DNA of 12,370 nt, from contig DAIENX010000111.1 of NCBI GenBank assembly GCA_027340875.1, positions 1 to 12,370 on the forward strand, given 5' to 3'. Within the stretch, counting starts at the first letter, position 1, and each line of letters begins with the position of its first letter. Below are positions 1-7,242 of this stretch, piece by piece. A program made the position numbers and the translations under genes. The stretch is from Elusimicrobiota bacterium. GTDB taxonomy: Bacteria; Elusimicrobiota; Elusimicrobia; Elusimicrobiales; UBA9959. The notes under the pieces were generated by a model. It saw only the letters and a list, made by a program, of their open reading frames with translations, ran no database searches and was not told where the DNA came from.

Positions 1-2
1 AG

Positions 3-881
3 AAGGACGCGCTGCTGGTCAAGTACGCCCCCGACGGGCGCATGCAATGGGCTAAGACCTACGACCTGCTGGCCGGCAACCACGCCAACGACGAGGTCTT
101 CTCGCTGGCGGCCGGTCCCGCCGGCCTGTACGCCGCCGGGCGCACGGTGGACAATAACCCCGTGTCCCCAGGTTATGCCACTTTCGACGCCGTGGTGGCC
201 AAGTTCGGGTTCAATGGCGCTCTGCTCAGCACGGCCACCTATGCCTCCGGGAACGAGTGGTTCAACGCCGTCGCCTATGACCCCGCCTCCGCGCTGGTGT
301 ACGCCGCCGGGACCGTATTCACCGGCAACGCCTCGAACGCCATCATGAAGGCCTACGGCGCGGCCGCGCTGGCCGCCCAGGGACTGGTCATACAGGTGGA
401 CAAGGGCGCGGCGGACGAGTTCTATGCCGTTGCCGTGGACACCTATGTCAGCCCCGGCATCTACCTGGCCGGAGACGTCTCCATGCCCTCCGACGGGCAG
501 GACGCCTACCTGGCCAAGTACTCCACCGGGGTGGTGTTCGCCTCTCAGGTCTGGGAGCGTACCTATAACTCCGCCAACCAGAACGAGGAGGATGCATACG
601 GCCTGGCGCTGGACTCCCTGGGCGGGGTCTACGTGGCAGGCAGCGAGTTCCGCTACGACCTCAACCAGGGGGAGAACGTCTTCCTGCGGAAATACAACTC
701 CGACGGGGACCTTATCTGGACCAATACGCTCAATACCGGCGGCAACAATGACGACGAGACCGGCGCGCTCGCGCTGGACCGCTTCGGCAGCCTGTTCGTC
801 GCGGTCAACGTGACGCAGCCCGCGGCGGCCTACGGTGGCAGCGGCTCCATGGACGGGGCGGGCTTCCTGAAGTACCCGCAG
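3..881 (+). repeat. Protein-level beta-propeller blade repeats (SBBP-like), about 5-6 blades visible
   Basis: Recurring ~50-aa unit: DALLVKYAPDGRMQW / DAVVAKFGFNGALLS / DAYLAKYSTG..VW / NVFLRKYNSDGDLIW / GAGFLKYP, alternating with SLAAGPAGLYAAG / AVAYDPASALVYAAG / AVAVDTYVSPGIYLAG / GLALDSLGGVYVAG / ALALDRFGSLFVA. Too diverged to be a DNA-level repeat. Confidence 0.75.
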
Positions 882-3800
882 CTCAGCCTGAACGTGGTCA
901 ACCCGCGCCTGACGGTGCGCGTCAATAAAGGCCCAGCTGGCGGCCCGCTGGCGGGAGTCAGCGTCGCGGCGATGGGTTTCAGCCAGACCGGCGGCATAGA
1001 CCCCAACGGCATCCATCTGGGCGTCACCGACTCCTCCGGAGCCGTGACGATGTCCGTGCCGGGCGGGAAGAGCTATTTCGTCGCCGTCTCCAGCCACAAC
1101 ATGGTGCCTTCGATAAAAGACCAGCTGTCCGATCCGGGCGGCAACTTCTTCGTCGACCTGAACGCGGACACCACCAAGCAGTACTATATCTCGCCGCGTT
1201 CCACCACCACGGCCGGCGCCGTCCACAGGATGACCCTCAACCTCTCCGGCCTGGTGGCCGGCGAGTACGTGATGGGCGAGGTGTTCATCAACCAGACCGG
1301 AGAGCGTGTCGGTTACGGCGTGATCAGGGCCACCGATACGGCCGGCACGATGCAGGTATACAACCTGCCGCCTGCGTCCGACGGCGTCTACGGCATGGCC
1401 GTCAGCATCCCGTCTCGCAACAAGGTGCTGCAGATCTTCATGACCGGCGCGTTCCCCGCTACGGCCTCCTACGACGCCGACATGTCCGCGGCCACCCAGC
1501 TGACCGGCTCGTTCGACGTGGGCGGTTCCACGGTGCCGCCTACCCTTACCGGCCTGGTCACCGACCTCAACTACTCGCCGCTGGACGGGGCCCGCGTAAG
1601 GCTCGAGCGGATAGTCTGCTCCGGAGTTCCTCCGAACTCCACCTGTAACCCGGCCTTCAGCAAGGAGACCCTTACCGACGCCGGCGGCCGCTATGCGTTC
1701 TACAATGTCCCGTACGTGACCTGCACCGGCGTTATCAACTTCGACGGTTCCTGCTCCAACGGGAACGAGAATTACAGCCTGAACGTGGGCAAGGCCGGCT
1801 ACGAGAGCGGCTACGGCGGCATGGCGATAGAGGCTCCACCGCCCGGCACCGTGCCGGCCCCGCTGATGAGGGACTTCTCGCTGAACCTGGCCACCTACAC
1901 CCTTACCGGCGTGCTTAAGTACAACGGCATGCCCATGCCGAACGCCACCATCTTCGTGAACCCCGACTGGCAGACATATTCGCAGGGCGCGGACTCCTAC
2001 CGCTACAGCGCCTGGGGCGGCAGCCTCGGTATCCGTTCGGACGCCAAGGTGCGCACCAGGGCCGACGGCAGCTTCGTGGTGACCGCCCTCACGGACGGCA
2101 ACGCGCGGCTGGATGCCGACTTCGTCGGCGGCCGCCGCTCGCTCAACGAGGGGAACAACTACAGCACGATGGACGACAACGTGCGCGTGGTCATTTCGTC
2201 GCAGGGCGCGACGGCGCCGTCCCAGCCTGCCGGCAACCCGTGCCGGCCCGGCCGCGTCTGGGTGCTGGACAACCTGGGCAGGTGCCAGAGCGCGAACAAC
2301 ATCGCCTTCAACATCGTGCCGCAGAACTCCAACTCCGCCGGCAGGCTGTGGGGGCAGGTGACCTTCATCACCACATATACCGTCACGGCGGACAACCCGC
2401 TGGTCATCTCCACTTCGTCGCCGCTGACGATAATGGCCCAGCAGGAGTGCAACAACGGCAACTGCGGCAACCAGCAGATGGGCTTCGCCTCGCTGGCAGG
2501 CACTCTCGTTACTAATACCACCACGTATTCGATAGTGCTGTCGACGGGCTTTTCCTACCGGCCCATCATCTTCTCCACCGCCTGGGGCAAGGCGAGCTCC
2601 TTCGATTCGGCCTTCGACCTGGCCTCCACCGATACGGTGCGCCAGGACCTGCAGGTGGTCAAGTCCGGAGGCCTGCACGGAATGCTGAAGATGCCGGACG
2701 GGACCAGCTTCAAGCCGTCCGGCTCCAGTTATTACGCGGACATCCAGATCAACGGAGTCAACGTGGACGTCAGCGACGGCAAGGGCCTGGACGAGTACGG
2801 CGAGTTCGAGTTCCCTAATATCGCGCCCGGTATCTACGATCTGACGCTGCGGTCCTACGGGACCTCCTTCACGTGGGCGCTGTCCGGCTCTCCCGAGGTC
2901 ACGGTGACGGCCGGCAAGACCACCGAGGTCCAGCTGCAGCTGGAGGACGGCCTGGCCGTACAGCCCCAGATCTTCGGCCTGCCGGACATCTCCACTTCCA
3001 GCTGGAATTACGTCATAGTCGGAGTGCCCTCCGGCACCGAGATGAACCAGAAGACCGTGACGGAACTGTTCTTCGAGAAGGACGTCGACAACGTCTTCGA
3101 GTACAGCACCAGCACCGGCTGGAGCACCAAGTACATGGCCCCCGGGCAGTACGACTTCTACCTTATGGAGGCTTCCCGGTACAACCCCGGCGACGGCGGC
3201 GGTGGCGGCGGCTCCCCTGTAAGCTACACCCAGTTCGGCAACTTCATCGGCCGGGTCAAGGGGGTGGCGGTGCAGCGGTCGGAGACCAATCCGAACGTCG
3301 GCACGGCGGCCCAGCCCATAGCCGTCAACATACTCGGCTCGGTGGGCCAGGAGCGCATCTCCGGCACGGTGCACGGCGCCAAGGTGTTCACCGACGCGGA
3401 CATGGACCGCTTCTTCGACAACTTCAACGAGCTGTTCCCGCTGATCCCGGCCGTGATGCTGTACGACTCGGCAGGCGACCTGCGCGGCTTCACCAACGGC
3501 CTGCCTTCCGGGACCGACTTCCCGCAGTTCTGGTCCGCCCTGCAGGGCCGCGACAAGGCCGCGATGCACAGTTACCTGGAGAGCCATCCACTCAGTTACG
3601 GCGTCTGGGGAATGCCTCCAGGCCGCTATACGGCAGTGTTCGCCAACCCGAACTATCCGCCGGTAGCCAAGGAGATATCCCTGCCGGGCAACTCCGACTA
3701 CGCGTTCGACTTCGACGTGCAGGACGTCGTGACGGCCGGTATCTCCGGCGTGGTGAAGAGCAGCTCTACCGGCGCGGCGCTGGAGGGCGCCCGCGTCTAC

Positions 3801-5555
3801 CTGAAGCACCGCACCGTGGAGAAGTTCACGCTGACGGACTCCTCCGGAGCGTTCTCCTTCTCCAGCCTGCCGGTGGGCATCTACCGCATGGAGGTGACGC
3901 GCAACGGCTACGTCACCTCCGGGGTGAAGACCAGCCTGGCCGCGAACGACTCGCGCTCCTTCGCGATGTACCTGCTGCCTTCCGACTCCAAGATAACCGG
4001 CAGGATCTTCCTCAGCAAGTTCCCGACCCAGCTGACGAAGTCCGGAGTGCGGGTGGTCTCCTACGACGAGACTTATAACGTGGACCACCCCACCGACTAC
4101 CTGCCCAAGACCGAGGTGCAGACCGACGGGTCCGGCAACTTCGAGATCACCGGCGCGGTACCGGGGCACATCTACAAGGTGTCCGTGTTCTACGAGGGCA
4201 AGCTGCCCGAGGTCACGGAGGTGACCGCGGAGGACGGCACTACCGCGATGAGCGATATCACGCTGAAGGACATACCGCCGCAGATAACCATAAAGGTGCG
4301 CAGGTCCGCCGATTCGGTCAACAAGGTGGATGTGACGATAAAGTCGCCCAAGCAGCTGATCACGGCGCCTAGTTGCAGCTACAATCCGGGCCAGTCGTAC
4401 GACCCGTCCAGCGCGGTAACGCTGGCGCTCGTCCCCGGGCCGAACCGCACCTACCTGGGCCAGTTCACTGTCAGCAGCAGCCAGCAGTACTATACCGTGA
4501 AGGTCACGGCCGGCGACGGCGGCAGCAAGATGGAGAAGGAGTTCGTCTACGACCAGGTCAGCAACGCCAAGACCGAGCAGTACATACAACAGGAGTCGCT
4601 GGCCGGCGGAGAGATACAGATGGACAAGGAGACCGAGGAATATTCCGGCCTCGAGCTGGACCCCGGAGCCCTGTCCTACTCCACCACGACCGAGACCACC
4701 GACTACTCCAACCTGGTAGGCGGCTTCTTCAGCGCGCTGCCTTCGGTGCGCACGGTCAAAACGGACAAGGGCAGCCTGACCATCTCCGACGCTATACAGG
4801 GGCTGATGGCCTCGGAGGTCTATAATATGGACCTCTCCAACGCCTCGGCCAACAAGCCGTTCACGCTGACGCTGAAGTACGACAAGGAGAAGGGCGCCGG
4901 AGCCTCGCAGGCCCTGCGCATCTACCAGTACGACGCCGCATCCGGTTCCTGGAAGGAAGTTCCCGGCAATTACACCACCGACCCGATGCTGGGAGTGCTC
5001 AGCGTGGACGTCGCCAGCCTCTCCAACGCCACGGAGGGTATCGGCGGCGTGACCACGCCGCTGGGCCGCAAGCGCTTCGGCATGAGCGCCGTAGTGAACG
5101 GCCGCTACGTTCCGTCCGCAGCTGGCACGTCGCAGAGCGGCCGGTTCGCGGTGTTCACCGCGAACCCGCCGACCGGCACCGCCGCGTACAGCTCCGCGTA
5201 CGAGGTGGTCAACTTGCCTAACCCGTTCAACCTGAAGAGCAAGAACGTCACGCTCAGCTCCGACGTGGGCGGTTCGGGCATAGCGAACCCGTATCCGACG
5301 GAAGGCACCGTGATCAAGTACAACCTGCCCGCCGGCAAGTCGGGCGGCCTGAAGTTCGTCATCTATGACCTGGCCGGAGAGAAGGTGCGCACGATAGACG
5401 AAGGCACGCGCGCCGGCGGCCAGATCTACTACTCGGAGTGGGACGGCAGGAACGATAATAACCAGAAGTGCGCCTCCGGTGTCTATTTCATGCTGACCTA
5501 TCTGGACGGCAAGAAGCTGGGCACGAGGGCCCATAAGATGGCGATAATCAAGTGA
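3..5555 (+). CDS. Giant secreted/surface protein, 5'-partial (at least 1850 aa): beta-propeller repeats, carboxypeptidase-regulatory-like repeats, ZU5-like module, C-terminal FlgD-Ig/T9SS type-A-like sorting domain
   Basis: The ORF-track frame (42..5555) is open upstream to base 3 (KDALLVKYAPDGR-MQWAKTY), which is itself part of a propeller repeat, so ATG42 is internal. Codons are strongly G/C-ending throughout. Repeated CarboxypepD_reg-like motifs: LTGLVTD..PLDGARVRL..TLTDAGGRYAF; ISGVVKSSSTGAALEGARVYL..TLTDSSGAFSFSSLPVGIYRMEVTRNGY; ITGRIF..VQTDGSGNFEITG. C-terminus: PNPFN..IKYNLP..IYDLAGEKVRTI..WDGRND..ASGVYF..KMAIIK-stop (TGA 5553-5555). Domain names come from motif recognition, not a search. 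Confidence 0.9.
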   Translation, partial: KDALLVKYAPDGRMQWAKTYDLLAGNHANDEVFSLAAGPAGLYAAGRTVDNNPVSPGYATFDAVVAKFGFNGALLSTATYASGNEWFNAVAYDPASALVYAAGTVFTGNASNAIMKAYGAAALAAQGLVIQVDKGAADEFYAVAVDTYVSPGIYLAGDVSMPSDGQDAYLAKYSTGVVFASQVWERTYNSANQNEEDAYGLALDSLGGVYVAGSEFRYDLNQGENVFLRKYNSDGDLIWTNTLNTGGNNDDETGALALDRFGSLFVAVNVTQPAAAYGGSGSMDGAGFLKYPQLSLNVVNPRLTVRVNKGPAGGPLAGVSVAAMGFSQTGGIDPNGIHLGVTDSSGAVTMSVPGGKSYFVAVSSHNMVPSIKDQLSDPGGNFFVDLNADTTKQYYISPRSTTTAGAVHRMTLNLSGLVAGEYVMGEVFINQTGERVGYGVIRATDTAGTMQVYNLPPASDGVYGMAVSIPSRNKVLQIFMTGAFPATASYDADMSAATQLTGSFDVGGSTVPPTLTGLVTDLNYSPLDGARVRLERIVCSGVPPNSTCNPAFSKETLTDAGGRYAFYNVPYVTCTGVINFDGSCSNGNENYSLNVGKAGYESGYGGMAIEAPPPGTVPAPLMRDFSLNLATYTLTGVLKYNGMPMPNATIFVNPDWQTYSQGADSYRYSAWGGSLGIRSDAKVRTRADGSFVVTALTDGNARLDADFVGGRRSLNEGNNYSTMDDNVRVVISSQGATAPSQPAGNPCRPGRVWVLDNLGRCQSANNIAFNIVPQNSNSAGRLWGQVTFITTYTVTADNPLVISTSSPLTIMAQQECNNGNCGNQQMGFASLAGTLVTNTTTYSIVLSTGFSYRPIIFSTAWGKASSFDSAFDLASTDTVRQDLQVVKSGGLHGMLKMPDGTSFKPSGSSYYADIQINGVNVDVSDGKGLDEYGEFEFPNIAPGIYDLTLRSYGTSFTWALSGSPEVTVTAGKTTEVQLQLEDGLAVQPQIFGLPDISTSSWNYVIVGVPSGTEMNQKTVTELFFEKDVDNVFEYSTSTGWSTKYMAPGQYDFYLMEASRYNPGDGGGGGGSPVSYTQFGNFIGRVKGVAVQRSETNPNVGTAAQPIAVNILGSVGQERISGTVHGAKVFTDADMDRFFDNFNELFPLIPAVMLYDSAGDLRGFTNGLPSGTDFPQFWSALQGRDKAAMHSYLESHPLSYGVWGMPPGRYTAVFANPNYPPVAKEISLPGNSDYAFDFDVQDVVTAGISGVVKSSSTGAALEGARVYLKHRTVEKFTLTDSSGAFSFSSLPVGIYRMEVTRNGYVTSGVKTSLAANDSRSFAMYLLPSDSKITGRIFLSKFPTQLTKSGVRVVSYDETYNVDHPTDYLPKTEVQTDGSGNFEITGAVPGHIYKVSVFYEGKLPEVTEVTAEDGTTAMSDITLKDIPPQITIKVRRSADSVNKVDVTIKSPKQLITAPSCSYNPGQSYDPSSAVTLALVPGPNRTYLGQFTVSSSQQYYTVKVTAGDGGSKMEKEFVYDQVSNAKTEQYIQQESLAGGEIQMDKETEEYSGLELDPGALSYSTTTETTDYSNLVGGFFSALPSVRTVKTDKGSLTISDAIQGLMASEVYNMDLSNASANKPFTLTLKYDKEKGAGASQALRIYQYDAASGSWKEVPGNYTTDPMLGVLSVDVASLSNATEGIGGVTTPLGRKRFGMSAVVNGRYVPSAAGTSQSGRFAVFTANPPTGTAAYSSAYEVVNLPNPFNLKSKNVTLSSDVGGSGIANPYPTEGTVIKYNLPAGKSGGLKFVIYDLAGEKVRTIDEGTRAGGQIYYSEWDGRNDNNQKCASGVYFMLTYLDGKKLGTRAHKMAIIK
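5199..5552 (+). other. C-terminal FlgD-Ig-like / T9SS type-A-like sorting domain of the giant protein
   Basis: YEVVNLPNPFN...TVIKYNLP...LKFVIYDLAGEKVRTI...WDGRNDNNQKCASGVYFML...KMAIIK* matches the (Y)PNP..IYDxxGxxV..WDG..SGVY..KxxxxK* pattern of Por-secretion-tail/FlgD_ig C-terminal domains. Confidence 0.8.
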
Positions 5556-5561
5556 CGGCCT

Positions 5562-5586
5562 CCGGGGCCGCCGTGCGCGGCCCCGG
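5562..5586 (+). promoter_or_regulatory. GC-rich intergenic stem-loop between the giant gene and the PorV-like gene
   Basis: CCGGGGCCGC (5562-5571), loop CGTGC, GCGGCCCCGG (5577-5586): a perfect 10-bp stem. Outer pairing ACGGC (5555-5559) with GCCGT (5592-5596) is possible. Only a weak GGTTTTC follows, so this is not a classic intrinsic terminator. Confidence 0.6.
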
Positions 5587-5615
5587 GCGACGCCGTGGTT
5601 TTCAGTAGAGTTTTC

Positions 5616-5622
5616 GAGAGGT
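5616..5622 (+). promoter_or_regulatory. Ribosome-binding site of the PorV-like gene
   Basis: GAGAGGT, 6 nt upstream of ATG 5629. Confidence 0.7.
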
Positions 5623-5628
5623 AACTAT

Positions 5629-6558
5629 ATGAGAAAATCCATTTTAACGCTGCTGGTGGCCGCGTTCCCCGCTCTGGCCTCGGCTTCGGGCCCCGGCACT
5701 ACGGCGGCGCCTTTCCTCAAGGTGGCCATGAGCCCGCGGGCGGTGGCCCTCGGCGGCGCGTACAGCGCGATGGCAGACGATTCCGGCTCGGTCTTCGTAA
5801 ATCCGGCCGGCCTGGCCAGGTCCGATAAGCAGGAGGCCGCGCTCGACTTCAGTACCTACCTGCAGGACGCCAAGATGGGGAACCTTTCCTACACGGGCGA
5901 CCTGAAGGACGACCGCTTCGGCCTCGGGGTCACCTTCATGACCGTGGGCGGCATAGAGAAGCGGGGGCTTACCGATACGGCGGGTTCGGTGCCCGAGCTG
6001 GGGACTTTCGACGCCAGCGATATGGCCGTGACCCTCTCCTACGCCAAGAAGGACTTCTCGCCAGAAATGCTGCCGAACATGGACGGCGGGTTCTCTCTGA
6101 AGTTCATCCGTTCGGCGATAGACGACAAGACCGCGGCCGCTTTCGCTCTGGACGCCGGCGCCATCTACCGGGCCACCGGGAAGATGGACCTTTCGCTGGC
6201 GGTGCAGAACCTCGGCACGAAGATGAAGTTCGTCGATGAGTCGGACCCGCTGCCGGTCAGCATCCGCGCCGGCGGCGCCTACCGCGTCTCGGACAGGCTG
6301 CGGGCCGCGGTGGAGATAAACGAGTATCTGAACGACGAGAAGTTCTATCCCTCGCTCGGCGCCGAGTACTGGTTCCGCGACGCGCTGGCCCTGCGCTGCG
6401 GCTACAAGTTCGGCTACGACACGGCCAATCTGGGTTCGGCCGTGGGACTGAGCCTGGGGTTCGGGGTCAAGGTCCAGGGGCTGGGCGTGGATTATGCCTT
6501 CCTGCCTTTCGGGGACCTGGGGAATATCCATCGCTTCGGGGTCTGGGCGCAGTTCTGA
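5629..6558 (+). CDS. PorV/PorQ family (UPF0164, FadL-like) outer-membrane beta-barrel protein, 309 aa
   Basis: Signal peptide MRKSILTLLVAAFPALASA. Family-typical N-terminus GTTAAPFLKVAMSPRAVALGGAYSAMADDSGSVFVNPAGLA (FL..RAxxxGxA..NPAGL). Also DAGAIY, LAVQNLG, LPVSIRAG, LGAEYW, ALRCGY, GLSLGFG, VDYAF..GDLGNIHRF. Alternating amphipathic strands and a terminal Phe (GVWAQF) fit a BAM beta-signal. Confidence 0.88.
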   Translation: MRKSILTLLVAAFPALASASGPGTTAAPFLKVAMSPRAVALGGAYSAMADDSGSVFVNPAGLARSDKQEAALDFSTYLQDAKMGNLSYTGDLKDDRFGLGVTFMTVGGIEKRGLTDTAGSVPELGTFDASDMAVTLSYAKKDFSPEMLPNMDGGFSLKFIRSAIDDKTAAAFALDAGAIYRATGKMDLSLAVQNLGTKMKFVDESDPLPVSIRAGGAYRVSDRLRAAVEINEYLNDEKFYPSLGAEYWFRDALALRCGYKFGYDTANLGSAVGLSLGFGVKVQGLGVDYAFLPFGDLGNIHRFGVWAQF

Positions 6559-6574
6559 CCCGGCGCTCGGCGGA

Positions 6575-6615
6575 GTTAAAAGGAAAGAGCCGCTTGGCGG
6601 CTCTTTCCTTTTAAC
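6575..6615. terminator. Bidirectional intrinsic terminator between convergent operons
   Basis: Perfect 19-bp inverted repeat GTTAAAAGGAAAGAGCCGC (6575-6593), loop TTG, GCGGCTCTTTCCTTTTAAC (6597-6615). The GC core has U-rich tails on both strands and lies between stop codons at 6558 (+) and 6619 (-). Confidence 0.9.
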
Positions 6616-6618
6616 GCG

Positions 6619-7242
6619 TTACCTTATGAAGTCGTCGTTCGGCCAGTCGCCAGGGGAGCCGTTCACGGAGGAGAGTCTGGAGTCCTCCTTGGACGCCCTG
6701 CTCATCTTCTGGAAGGATTCCTTGAGCTCGGACAGGGAGATGTCCGATTTCTTGACCTTCATGAGCGCCAGGTAGCTGGCCGCGGCCATCACCAGCGAGA
6801 CCGGCAGCACGTACAGCCACGCCGAGGATTTAAGCTCGAGGATCAGTACCGCGCAGAGGAATATCCAGAACGCCATGGTAGTGCTTATCCCTCCCAGGAC
6901 GTAGCCCAGTATGATGTTGTATTCCTCGTTCTTCGGCAGCGAAAGAATGACCCCGAGCAGCGCTATGTTCACCAGCGTGAGGTACAGCGCCCTGGTGACC
7001 CAGCTCTTCCAGCGGTACTTCGAGTAGACGACGCTGCCGTATACGGGATGGTTGACGATGATGGCGTCCTCGTACGTGGTCTCTGCCATGGCTTTCTGGA
7101 GATTTTCCACGGCTTTCGCGCCCGGGTCATAGTTGAAGGTCCGCTGGTCCTGGGGCGTGTCCATCTGCGCCCTGGCGGGAGAGGGGAGGAGCGGGGCGGC
7201 CAGGGAGACCGCGGCCGCGAGCAGCAGGATGATCCTATTCAT
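6619..7242 (-). CDS. Hypothetical membrane protein, 207 aa (signal peptide plus about 3 TM helices)
   Basis: SD-like GGGGGAG (7244-7250) close to the ATG. Signal peptide MNRIILLLAAAVSLAAPLLPSPARA. Hydrophobic segments ALYLTLVNIALLGVILSL, IILGYVLGGISTTMAFWIFLCAVLIL and AWLYVLPVSLVMAAASYLALM followed by KVKK. Stop sits next to the terminator. Confidence 0.85.
   Translation of the reverse strand: MNRIILLLAAAVSLAAPLLPSPARAQMDTPQDQRTFNYDPGAKAVENLQKAMAETTYEDAIIVNHPVYGSVVYSKYRWKSWVTRALYLTLVNIALLGVILSLPKNEEYNIILGYVLGGISTTMAFWIFLCAVLILELKSSAWLYVLPVSLVMAAASYLALMKVKKSDISLSELKESFQKMSRASKEDSRLSSVNGSPGDWPNDDFIR

Noticed and set aside
2873..4078. 401-aa and other alternative-frame ORFs inside the giant gene (424..813, 2113..2361, 2240..2515, 4373..4825 and minus-strand ones)
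   Set aside because: Low-complexity Arg/Pro- or Thr/Ser-rich shadow frames of a gene with strong GC3 bias, with no motifs.
5644..6531. 295-aa ORF antisense to the PorV-like gene
   Set aside because: Same in-register shadow effect; it ends at the TTA Leu codon at 5644 in the signal peptide.
6575..6615. The 19-bp inverted repeat as a MITE/IS end or REP element
   Set aside because: Single copy in the window, no flanking direct repeats or transposase, and its position between convergent stops is fully explained by a terminator.
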